DNA from: Prorocentrum cordatum
Taxonomy: Eukaryota
Direction: 5' to 3'
Length of the DNA stretch: 57,425 nt
Assembly: GCA_963575745.1 (NCBI GenBank)
Contig: CAUYUJ010000027.1
Location: forward strand, 62,001-119,425
Part shown: in pieces, positions 47,099 to 57,425 of the stretch
Numbering within the stretch: the first letter of the stretch is position 1
Layout of the letters: each line of letters opens with the position of its first letter
Notes under the pieces: model-generated
The model's database searches: none
The model's input: only the letters and a program-made list of their open reading frames with translations
Told to the model about the DNA's origin: nothing
Program-made: the position numbers and the translations under genes

Positions 47099-47470
47099 AA
47101 CATCACTTCGCGGGGCTTTTTTGATCTTTCGGCCCCGGGGGGCCCCCGCCGGGGCCGTCCAAAAAAACGGCTCGGGACGAGAAGCTGGTCCTTGGGGAGG
47201 GGGTCGAGACCTCCTGGGGGTCGGGGTCACGACCAAATCATGGCGTCGGGGGTCTGGGGTGGGAGCTCGACCATGAGAGACCCTCTACAAGAGAGACCCA
47301 AGCCTGAGACCCCAGGATGTCCATGGATGTTTTGGGGCCTCGCTTTTCTCCATCGTAGAGAGCCATCGAGCCCCGAGTCACCCGGGGCACCTTGGAGGCA
47401 GGCAGGGAGCGGATTTGTGGCCGATTTCCTGGAGGTCCACCCAGTTCAGACTCTCCCCGGCCGCCTCCAG

Positions 47471-47503
47471 GCCGCTGCTGGTCCCGGAGTCGAGGAGCAG
47501 CAG
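47471..47503 (+). CDS. Candidate micro-exon of host coiled-coil gene
   Basis: CTCCAG|G acceptor, AAAGPGVEEQQ, CAG|GT donor. Confidence 0.5.
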
Positions 47504-47523
47504 GTTGCAGAAACCTCAACTCT

Positions 47524-47700
47524 TCGAGTAGGAGATCGACCGAGGAATTGATTTACCCAAGGATCGGTTTTCTCGTCGAATCTACAAACGAAAATGGTCG
47601 AAAGTTCGTAGACATACGGAACAATCTTTGTATTCATCGCAACTTCGACTGAAAAATCAATTCTGGGCCACATCAATTCTGTAGTCGATCCCCTACTCGA
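47524..47700. mobile_element. MITE-like element of the same family, opposite orientation
   Basis: Same TIRs; flanks ACTCT and ACTTT. Older or partial copies at about 14356, 14594-14760, 16996, 43226-43393, 53941-54050 and 55650-55773. Confidence 0.75.
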
Positions 47701-48044
47701 ACTTTTGGAGGTCCGCGCTGACTTTTTTGGGTCGGCGCTGGAGCCAGGGGCGGCGCCGAAGGCGCCAGGTGTGGGGGGGGCTCCAGCGCAGATCCAATAC
47801 ATCCGCGCGGACCTCCGAAACTGCATGTCCATGCGAAGCTTCTCCGCGGCCGCCCCCTCTGTCCTCTTCCCGCTCGTGCATGCTGGCCACTTCGCTTCTC
47901 GGTGCCCCCGTCCAGCTCCATCGCTGGGCAGCCAACTCTGCCTCGCCGCCGACTGAAAAACAAGCACACACATGTCTGTGCGGCAGTCTTGTGGAGGTCG
48001 TCGCGCTGTCATGCCCCTCAACTTTCCTCCTTCTCCTCCTTTTT

Positions 48045-48045
48045 G

Positions 48046-48090
<45 letters not shown>

Positions 48091-48268
48091 GAGGGGAAAC
48101 ACACACAGACACAATTAATCGTCGATCCCCCGAAAATATGGGAAAATCTGGGCAGTGGGGGGAGAGACAGAAACCCAGAAACTATAGGAAAATATGGGGA
48201 CTCCTTTTTTACTTGTGTGTATTTATTTGTGTGCCCCAGGGCCCCTTCAATATGTCTGTATGTATGTG

Positions 48269-48301
<33 letters not shown>

Positions 48302-48865
48302 TTCTGTCTGCCTGTCTGTCTGTCTGTCTGTATGTATGTGTGTGTATGTATGTATGCATGTATGTATGTATGTATGCATGCATGCATGCATATGTATGTA
48401 TGTATGTATGTAATGTATTGTATTGCATTGTATTGTAATGTATTGTAATGTAATGTATTGTAATGTAATGTATTGTAGTGTAATGTAAATGTACTGCAAT
48501 GTAATGTAATGTAATGTAATGTAATGTTATGTAATGTAATACATGTATGTATGTATGTATGTATGTATGCATGTATGCATGCATGTATACATGTATGCAT
48601 GTATATGCATGCACGCACCATTTTTATGTATTTATGCATATACGCACATGTGTATATTTGTATTTATATATATATATATGTAGATTTGTATGTATATATC
48701 TATATATGTATATATATGTACGTATCCAGGTATTTATGTATGTGTGTGTACATGTATGCATGTATACATGTATATATTTATGTATATATGTATATGTATG
48801 TACATATACATATACATATATGTGTACATATATATATATATATAACTATATATACATACATAAAT
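48045..48865. repeat. Compound microsatellite: (TA)n, (TCTG)n, (TATG)n, (TGTAA)n
   Basis: Seen directly; interrupted by the 165-bp dispersed repeat at 48087-48249. Confidence 0.95.
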
Positions 48866-48994
48866 AAAACTCTGCCCCTCTGTGTGCGAAGGGGGGCCTC
48901 GTCGCCATGGCGGGAGCCTCCTGGGACCCGTGCTGGGCAGGGCGCGCTCCCCCTGGAGGGGGGGGGGTCTCCGGGGAGCGGCGGCGTCGGCACC

Positions 48995-49094
48995 NNNNNN
49001 NNNNNNNNNNNNNNNNNNNNNNNNNNNNNNNNNNNNNNNNNNNNNNNNNNNNNNNNNNNNNNNNNNNNNNNNNNNNNNNNNNNNNNNNNNNNNN
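48995..49094. other. Assembly gap (100 N)
   Basis: Run of exactly 100 N; true gap size unknown. Confidence 0.99.
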
Positions 49095-49721
49095 CCTCCT
49101 CCTCCTCCTCCTTCTCCTCCTCCTCCTCCGGATCGGCGGATATAAAAAAGTCTGCCCCTCTGTGTGCGAAGGGGGCCCTCGTCGCCACGGCGGGAGCCTC
49201 CTGGGACCTGCTCTGGGCAGGACGCGCTCCCCCTGGAGAGGGGTCTTCGGGGAGTGGCAAGGGGTCTGTCGGCCACCTCTCCGGTCCTCCTCCCCACCCC
49301 TATACGCCCCTCTACCTCCTCCTCCTCCTCCTCATCCCTTCCTCCTCCCTCCTCCCTCCCTCCCCCTCCCTCCTCACTCCTCCCGCATCCCTCCTCCCTC
49401 CTCCCTCCTTCCATGCTCCTCCTCCCCCTCCTCCCTCCTCCTCACTCCTCCTCCCTCCTCCTACTCTCCTCCTCCTCATCCTCCTCCTCCTCCCTCCTCC
49501 TCCTCCTCCTCCTCCTCCTCCTTCCCCTCCTCCTGCCTCCCTCCTCCCTCCTCCTTCGTTTCCTCCGCCTCCTCTGCCTCCTCCTCCCTCGTCCTCCTCT
49601 TTTCCTCCTCCTCCTCCTCCCTCCTCCTCCTCCTCCTCCTCCTCCTCCTTCGCCTCCTCCTCCTCATCCTCCTCCTCCCGTCCCTCCAGGCGAGCACTCG
49701 GTCCCGACGAGCCGCCCGCAG

Positions 49722-49751
49722 GCGCTCACCAAGCGCCTGGAGGCGATGGAG
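49722..49751 (+). CDS. Candidate micro-exon of host coiled-coil gene
   Basis: CAG|G acceptor, ALTKRLEAME, GAG|GA donor. Confidence 0.55.
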
Positions 49752-50609
49752 GACCGCCGTGCCAGCATGTTAGTCCCAGAGAGCCAACGTATTAAACAAA
49801 TCAAGACGGAGGATTTTCGCAAATTTCGGCCCCTGGGGGCTTGCCGGGCCTCGGGACCGTCAAAAAACGACTCAGGATGAAAAACCAGTCCTGGGGAATG
49901 GGTCGAGACTTCCAGAGACCGCGTATTGAAAAAATCACGACATCGGATCTCTGGGGTTCAAGATGTATGGCAGGTTCGTGCGGGATGGAGCGGCGGCGGC
50001 GGCGGCAGAGGCGTTCAGGGTTGAACTCCTCGCCGCGGAGGCACCGAGGGACGCGGTAACGTCGCTGGACCCGGCCGAATTCAACCTTGAACGATCGGGG
50101 CCGCGATCTGCTAGAGGTTGAACGATCGACGCGGTGTTAAAAGCCTTTGCGCGCCGACGCCGCGTGCACCCTGCCTTCAAACCCCGCAGTTGGCGGAGAG
50201 CAGTCGGCCCCTGCCTCCCTTTTGCTGTGGCAAAACCGCGACGGGAGGCGTTTCGGGTCATCTTCGGCCTCCGGGGGGCCCTCGTCCAGTCCCAGGACCA
50301 TACCAGAGTCGATCTAGGATGAAACGCCAGCCCCGCAGCTCAGAGATCCGAGCTCCAGCAACAATCGGAGCGGCGGGTTTGGGGCCGCTTTCGGCCTCCG
50401 GTGCCTTCTCCAGGACTTGCGTCAAGAAACGATTCAGGATGAAAAGTTGGCCCTAGGGAAGTGGTTCGCAGCTCCTGGGCCCACGCATCGAAAAAATTGG
50501 AGCGGTCCAGATGTCTGGGGATGGCACGAGGGAGGTCGCTGGTGGCCTGCGAGGCTCGAAGGCAGATGAAGCCCGCCGCAGAGTCCCTCTGTGTGTTTCC
50601 CCTGGCATG

Positions 50610-50780
50610 GTCCCCCGTATGGACCCCTTCGAGTGCCGCCCCCGTGTGGCCCCCGCAAGTGGTTCCCCCGTGTGGTCCCCCCGTATGGGCCCCTCGTATG
50701 GCCTCCTTGTATGGTCGCCCCGTGCGATTTCTCCATTCATGGCCCCCCCCGTATGGACCCCCATGTGGCCCCCTCGTGTG
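50610..50780. repeat. Degenerate repeat of about 12 bp (TGGCCCCCCGTA-like)
   Basis: Seen directly. Confidence 0.7.
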
Positions 50781-51744
50781 GTCCGTTCCAGCGCGCGCCC
50801 AGGGACGAAGGGAGACCATGCAGCAGCCGCTCACTCTGGCCGATGCCGCTGCCCTGCCTCGCCGCCACGGCTGGATTCGCCCCAAGATCCTGGTCAGTAC
50901 GCGCCTCCGGAGAGGCCTGCGGAGCAGCGGTGTTGGTACTTTGTTTGTCCTCCTCCCTCCCGCTGGCGCAGGGGGAGACCCAGGCGGCAGCGGGCGAAGT
51001 CCGTATACAATCTCGATCATGTGGGTATCTGAAGCATTTATTGCACTCCCTTTTTTCCTCCACTCTCTTCCCCCTCCTACTGGCGCCGGCTCCGGCACCT
51101 TTTTCGTTGCGTTTTATCTTGCGTTGTTTGTCCACGCGTTTTTCATGGATGCACGGCTTTCTTGCCTCCCCCCCCGCTGGCCATGAGGCAAGCGGGTCCT
51201 GAGGGAGGCTGGTCCCGATCCTGTGCCGTGGTTGCGGGCCTGCGGGGCCCTCTCAGGCCCCAGGGCTGGTCGAAGAATTGCCCCAGGGATTGGAGGAGCT
51301 GGTCCTGGGGAAGGCCCCGGGGTCCAGGAGCCGTGCCCCTCAGGACCCGTCTGCACTGGAGAGCCAGCGCTGCGAACAAGAACGCCGCGCCGCGAAAGAT
51401 CACGACCAGGGCCCCGGACCCCATCTTTCTGCTGCAGCATTTGATGGGCCGGATCGATCTGTGATGGCCCTGGGGTCCGAGCCTGGGCGACAGCGCCTGG
51501 TGCGAGAAGAAGGCGGCGCCCAGACCTCAGGGGTTCTCATGCCAACGAGAATCCGGCACACGCATGAACTTTTGGAGTTCCGAGAGTTTCTGCCCATGCC
51601 TCGGCGGCGAGCGAGGAGGGGGAGACGAGAAGAGAAGGCCCTCTCAGAAGGCGGCGGGACTCCTCAGAAGCCCTTGCGCCTCCTCAGAAGTTGTCGGCGT
51701 CTTCGGGGAAGGCTCATAGGAAACTTCCACTCCCCCCTGTGCGC

Positions 51745-52090
51745 GGCCCCGAACCCTGAGATCCGGCGTTGCCAACAAAATTGCAACACTGCAAAAAATC
51801 ACGACCAGAGCCCCAGACCCCATCTTTCTGCTTCATTTTTTGAGCCAGATCGATCTGCGAGGGTCCCAGGGCCTGAAGTTGAGGCAAAATGCCAGCGGTG
51901 AAAAAATCGTCCAAGATTTTTTCGTAACGTCGACCCCCAAAGTTCTCGACCCCTTCCCTAGGACGGGTTTCTCGTCCTGACTCGTTTTTCCGACGGCCCC
52001 GAGTCCCAGCGAGGACCCCCCCCCAGGGGCCGAAAATGGCGACCCCCCCCCCGTCGTGATTTTTCCATGACCCGAGGGGGTCTGGGAATG
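51745..52090. repeat. Member of an abundant dispersed repeat family (GACCCCATCTTTCTG...GATCGATC and CGTCGACCCC...CTCGACCC modules)
   Basis: Related modules in both orientations at about 3260-3360, 11540-11730, 15240-15690, 32640-32760, 44820-44950, 46240-46390, 49820-49940, 51400-51480 and 53200-53330. Confidence 0.7.
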
Positions 52091-52239
52091 CCGTCGCCCT
52101 CCCAGACAGGACAGAAGAAGACACAACAGCATAAACAAAAACTTTTGGCGCTCCGCGCGGATCTCTTGGAGCCTCGCCGGGCCCCCCCTGGCGGCGCCTC
52201 TGGCGCCGCCCCTGGCGCGCTCCGTGCGCCAGGGAGGGG

Positions 52240-52417
52240 TCGAGTAGGAGATCGACTACAGAATTGATGTGCCCCAAATTTGATCTTCCAGTCGAATCTA
52301 CGATGAATACGAAGATTGTTCCGTAGATCTACGAACCTTCGACGCTTTTTGTTTCGTAGATTCGACGAGAAAACCGATCCTTGGGTAAATCCATTCCGTG
52401 GCCGATCCCCTACTCGA
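52240..52417. mobile_element. 178-bp palindromic MITE-like element
   Basis: TCGAGTAGGAGATCG...CGATCCCCTACTCGA, flanked by AGGGG on both sides. Confidence 0.8.
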
Positions 52418-52593
52418 AGGGGATCTCGCGCAGATCCAAGAACTCCGCGCGGAGCGCCAACATTATGTTTGTGCAGTTTTTGGTTTTGTTTTTCTTATAT
52501 ATATGTGTGTATATATATATATATATTTATGTTTTCTGTTTTTGTTGTTGTTTTTTGTTTTGTTTCTTCCTTTCCCCCCGTTCTTCTATAGAG

Positions 52594-52701
52594 GAGCGGC
52601 TGCGGGAGGAGCAGGCCCGCGGCCAGGGGGAGCAGCTCGCCGAGCTGCAGGCCGCCAAGCGGGAGCTGTCCGAGCTGTCGGGGCGGCAGGGCCGCCTGCA
52701 G
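52594..52701 (+). CDS. Exon of host coiled-coil gene
   Basis: Pyrimidine tract then AG|G, 36 codons ERLREEQARGQGEQLAELQAAKRELSELSGRQGRLQ, CAG|GA donor. Confidence 0.72.
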
Positions 52702-52741
52702 GAGCCGGTGGGCCTGGTTCCCCCTGCCACAGCCAGAAGTT

Positions 52742-52972
52742 GGAGGAGGAGGAGGAGGAGGAGGAGGAGGAGGAGGAGAAAGAGGAGGAGGAGGAGGAGG
52801 AGGAGGAGGAGGAGGAGGAGGAGGAGGGAGGAGGAGGAGGAGGAGGAGGAGGAGGAGGAGGTGTAGGAGGAGTGAGGAGGAGGAGGAGGAGGAGGAGGAG
52901 GAGGAGGAGGAGGAGGAGGAGGAGGAGGAGGAGGAGGAGGAGGAGGAGGAGGAGGAGGAGGAGAGGAGGAGG
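52742..52972. repeat. (GAG)n tract filling most of a host intron
   Basis: Seen directly; another tract at 54930-55230. Confidence 0.97.
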
Positions 52973-53027
52973 ACCCTCTCCCCCTCCAAGCATGGTGGCG
53001 GCGGTGGGAAGGAAAAGAGCCCACCAG

Positions 53028-53093
53028 GAGCAGCAGCGGGCCCTGGCGCGGCGCCTCGACCGCCTCGAGGACGCGCGCGCGGAGGGCGCCGAG
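53028..53093 (+). CDS. Exon of host coiled-coil gene
   Basis: CAG|G acceptor, 22 codons EQQRALARRLDRLEDARAEGAE, GAG|GA donor. Confidence 0.7.
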
Positions 53094-54185
53094 GACTGGA
53101 CCCGAAGGAGAAGAAGCGGCATGGCCGTGTACTTTCGGACCCCGAGATGCTGGCGCTACAATCTTTTCACAACGATTAATGGGTGGTTTCCCTCCACTTC
53201 GGGCCCCGGGACTCTCGCAGATCGATCGATCTGGTCCGGAAAATGACGCAGAAAGATGGGGTCTGGGGCCCCGGTCGTGATTTTTTGCGACGTTGCATTT
53301 TTTTGCAGCGTCGGATCTCAGGGGACCCCGAGATCCGGGCATTGCAGCTTGGCTTTCCCGCGCTGGGCGCCTTCGTCTGGTATTTTGGGCCCCAGGGCAC
53401 TCGCGACGCCCGATCCGGCTCGAGAGTCGCGGCAGAAAGATGTTGTCTACAGTGGAAGCCCATGGCAAGAAACACCTTGCTTGCCTCCAGGGTGCCCTGG
53501 GTTTCTTGGGTTTGGATGATTTCGCCATGGACAGCGTGACGTTCCCACACCTAAAATCCAGGCGTCCTGGGGTCTCCGGGTTGGGTTTCCTGTGGAAGGT
53601 TGCTTGTGGTCGAGCTCTTATTGTACAGTGCCGTTTTTAGTACATTCTCCGCGTGCGGATCATGTATTAAAATGCAGGGAGTTAGCATTAAAAACAACGA
53701 TGAGTTCAGGCATAATTTTATTCATAATTGGATCATGTATTAAGCATCCTGTATTTTTCAACATCCAATGTATGAAGAACTGCCCTGCAGGGCCTCAGTC
53801 GTGTTCTCTCGCGACTTTGCGGTTTTTTCGCATCGTCTGATCTCTGGGGAGGTCCGGGCGGCTTTCTCGGGTCGGCGCCCGAGCACCGCTGGCGGCGCCT
53901 CCGGCGCCGCCCCTGGCGCGCTCCGCACGCCGGGGAGGGGTCGAGCAGGGGATCGACTACAGAACTGTCGTGACCCCAAATTGATTTTCCAGTCGAATCC
54001 ACGATGAAGACGAAGATCGTTCCGTGAATTTACGTAAATCTACGAACCCAGAGAGGATCGAATAAGAAAACACGGCATAAGCAAAAACTTTTGGCGCCCC
54101 GCGCGGATCTCTTGGATCCGCGCCGGGCACCCCCCGGCGGCGCCTCTGGCGCCGCCCATGGCGCGCTCCGTGCGCCAGGGAGGGG

Positions 54186-54363
54186 TCGAGTAGGAGATCG
54201 ACTACAGAATTGATGTGCCCCAAAATTAATCTTCCAGTCGAATCTACGATGAATGCGAAGATTGTTCCGTAGATCTACGAACCTTCGACGCTTTCTTTTT
54301 CGTAGATTCGAAGAGAAAGCCGATCCTTGGGTCAATCCATTCCGTGGCCGATCCCCTACTCGA
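54186..54363. mobile_element. 178-bp MITE-like element, close copy of 52240-52417
   Basis: Same TIRs and AGGGG flanks. The upstream flank (about 54075-54185) also matches 52130-52239. Confidence 0.8.
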
Positions 54364-57300
54364 AGGGGGGGCCCAGCGCCGACTTGAGCAGTCCGTGCAG
54401 ATTCCTATACTGTGCGCATGCCGCTTTCTTTCCTTCTGCGGACGGCTGGGCCTGGAGCGCGGTAGGCCGGGCTGATGCCGACCTGCTTGTGTAGCAAGAT
54501 GCTCGCTTTCAGCGGGGACCGCCGGCCTGCCTTTCAAGAAGGCTCCGCGAGCGAACCATTCAGGCGATTGCGAATGGACAGCAAAACGGCGCCCTGCAGC
54601 CCCACCGTGGGGCCGCCGCGCCCAGCTCGGGAGGGCCGAGAGGCACCGGTGGCCTGCCCCCCCGGATTTGCGGGCGCTCACATCTCTTCGACGCGTGGGC
54701 CCCAGAGGTCCAGACCACTTCCCTACATGGCCGGCTTCTCGTCCAGAGTCGTCTTTTGCCGGCCTCGAGGTCCGGCGAGGGTCCCAGGATGCCGAACACG
54801 GCCCAGCATCCGCCGCTCCAGTTCTTCTGGAGCGTCGGATCTCTGTGTCTCCCCCGTCGGGAGCCAAGGTCCGAAAGGGCTCGGCTGGCAACGCTGCTAG
54901 GCCACCTGGCGCGGCCAGGAAGAGGACGAGAGAGGAGGAGGAGGAGGATACGGACGAGGAGGAGGAGGAGGAGGAAGAAGAGGAGGAGGAGGAGGACTAG
55001 GAGGAAGAGGAGGAGGAGGAGGAGGAGGAGGAGGAGGAGGAGGAGGAGAGGAGGAGGAAGACGAGAAGGAGGAGGGGAGGACGAGAAGGAGGAGGAGGAG
55101 AAGGACGAGAAGGAGGAGGAGGAGGAAGGAGGAGGTGGAGGAGGAGGAGGAGGAGGAGGAAGGAGGAGGAGGAGGAGGAGGGGGAGGGAGGAGGAGGAGG
55201 AGGAGGAGGAGGAGAAGGAGGAGGGGGGGGTGTTGGATGGCTCGTTATCGTTTAACCAATCCCCATCCTCATCCCCATCCCCTCCGAGACCCTCACCAAA
55301 TTACCCCCCAGCTGGGGGTGCACCCCTCGAAGCCCGAAGGGAGCGACCTGCATCCCCATCCAGGGGGGCAAATCGGCATGTGGGGCCCAGGCCACGCCGC
55401 CGGGGATGGGCATCGGTTGAACGATACTCATTCGAGTAGGGGGGGACCAGAGTTCATTTGCCCCAGAATCTCGGAGGGTGATAGACCTCCTACCCTGACA
55501 CGTCGATCAGCGAATTGGCCGTTTTCGGTTCGCGAGAGGGCGTCGCGGCCGTCATTTGCGTGGGTCCAGGGTCCGTCGGTTTCGGCCCTAGGCCGTTTTC
55601 GCTGAAGGGAGGTTTACCAAAGGGAGGTTTGTCCACCGCCGAACATCGATTTTCCCGTCGACTCTACGAATAATGCGTACGAAGCTCGTGGGTGTACGGA
55701 ACCGTCTTCATATTTATCGTAGATTCGACGCGAAAGTCCAGCTTGGGGTACATCAAGTCTGTCGTCGATCCCCTAATCCCTAACCCTAACGCAAAACCTG
55801 GGTACTAATTCCAAGTCTTGAGCCCAAACCCTAACCTTAAACCCTATCCCTCGCCCTAAACCGAGCCCCCACCCTCATCCCTGACCCCTCACCCTAAATC
55901 CCTGAGGGCAGGGCCGGCCTAGCGGGGAGGCAGGGCCGGCCTCCCCCCAGAGGCCTCGGGAGGCCCCCTCGAGCAGGATAATCTGAGTTTGGTTTGCCCC
56001 AAAGTCGATGTCCTCGTCGACTCCGCGAAGAATGCGTACAAGGCTCGTAGGCGTACGGAACCATCCTCGGAGTGGGAGGAGGAGGAGGAGGAGGAGGAGG
56101 AGGAGGAGGAGGCGGATGCATGGGCGCGTGGCTCGACGTGGGGCCCGAGTTTCCCCACGCCGAAGTCGCCGATGCACCGCCGACGTCGCCAGTGCATCGC
56201 CGATGCATCGCCGGTATGGCTCAGGGACAGTCGGCCGCGGGCCCGGGGGGGAAGGCGAGAAGGGCCGGGCCTTGTCAGAAGGCTCGGAAGCCCCCCGGGC
56301 CTTCAAGAAGTTTCCTAGAAGCCTTCCCCGAAGACGCTGGCAATTTCTCAGGAGGCGCGAGGGCTTCTGAGAAGACCCGCCGCCTTCTGGGAAGGCCTTC
56401 TCCCTCTCACTTCTCCCCTCGCTCGCGCCGAGATTTGGTGTCTCTCAGGGGCAACGTTACGGGCGAGGTTGTCGAGGCTTTTGACTGATCAGTTTCGTCG
56501 CGCCTCGCGATTTCTGCCACGCGGACGTCGCCGATGCAACGCCGATGCATCGCCGATGCATCGGTGAAGCATCGGCGATTCGGCGCGATCCTCCGATCCC
56601 ATGTGCTCAGACCCTATTTGGGAGGCCTCTGGACTGAAAGTTTGAATTGCCTGGCTGTTGTCCACGTTCCTTTGATGTGGCGTGCCATCCCTTCACAGGT
56701 GGATCCCGTTGCCAGATTTTTCGGGTATCTTGGCCTTCTTGTTGTCCCGCTTGGTATTCATTGCCCGAGCTACATTCATCCGCTGCGGCGTCTCCAGAGC
56801 ACCATCGGGTGGGTCTGGTCGGATCACAGGGTGCAGTACATCTCCCATGCCAGCAACGGCCTATTTCAAGCGTCCGGGCCAGGCATGGGTATCTTCTAGT
56901 TTGCTTCGGAGAAAGCTTTTGGGCAGCACCCGATCTTGGACGTGGTTCTTGGCCTTGCAAGGGGTTTGGGCTTCAGCCTGCTATCGGAGCACAGCAGCGC
57001 TCGTTCCCTCTTCCCAGGAAGCTTGCAGCAAGTTGGCGCTGGAGCCCTTGGCCAAGTCCATCGAACCTCGCCACCCGAGATCCGACGCTGCGAACAAACG
57101 GAGGCATCGCGGCACGTCACGACAGGAGCTCCTGGGCAGGATTGCCTATCGACTCCCCGGCAGAATATGCGAGATGGACAGCAAGTGGGCGTGTGCGTTG
57201 TCTCCCTCTCGCCTCTTCCTCCCCCTCTCCAAAATAGCGCTGGAAAAGACAAGAGTCACGACAGGAGCACCAGACTCTGGACCCTTGTCCTCCTGCGGCA

Positions 57301-57425
57301 CTCTTCGAGCCGGATCGACCCGTGCGGGCCCCCGGGCCCGAGCTCGAAAAAGCTCGAGGGGCCCACTCGGGGAGGAGGAGGAGGGAGGAGGAGGAGGAGG
57401 AGGAGGAGGAGGAGGAGGAGGAAGA

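Noticed and set aside
48868..49260. Duplicated segment of about 110 bp on both sides of the N gap
   Set aside because: It may reflect a collapsed or unresolved tandem repeat at a scaffold join; it cannot be interpreted without reads.
55817..55828. Minus-strand TTTGGGCTCAAG, similar to the spliced-leader 3' end
   Set aside because: It needs a gap to align, lies in degenerate simple repeat, and has no associated ORF; likely chance.
55770..55905. CCCTAA/CCCTAAA telomere-like repeats
   Set aside because: Short, highly degenerate and internal; not distinguishable from the many other simple repeats.

Overview
This is eukaryotic, repeat-saturated, GC-rich DNA, most likely from a dinoflagellate. 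That assignment is an inference from GA/GC splice donors, spliced-leader-like motifs and the transposon types present. Most entries in the ORF track are artefacts of (CCT)n/(GAG)n/(CTA)n/(GTC)n microsatellites. The real structure has four layers. (1) A + strand host gene for a coiled-coil protein, broken into 30-170 nt exons scattered from about 6.6 kb to 53.1 kb. (2) In its largest intron, a structurally complete 9.7-kb LTR retrotransposon (20942-30661) with 130-bp LTRs that are 129/130 identical, a CTTT target-site duplication and a tRNA-iMet-type primer-binding site. Its domain order is copia-like (gag, PR, C5 DNA methyltransferase, IN, RT, RH). It also carries a 518-codon ORF nested out of frame inside gag-pol, and two motifs resembling the dinoflagellate spliced leader: one in the LTR and one just upstream of the nested ORF. 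(3) Degenerate LINEs: one on the minus strand, split by the LTR element, and others at 35.8-42.7 kb. (4) Many palindromic MITE-like elements, Helentron/HINE-like elements with internal satellites, tandem repeats and a 100-N assembly gap. No rRNA, tRNA or CRISPR array was seen. The best candidate for an undescribed system is the expression architecture of the LTR element: SL-like motifs, an overlapping ORF and a stop-start overlap ahead of the methyltransferase-pol region.
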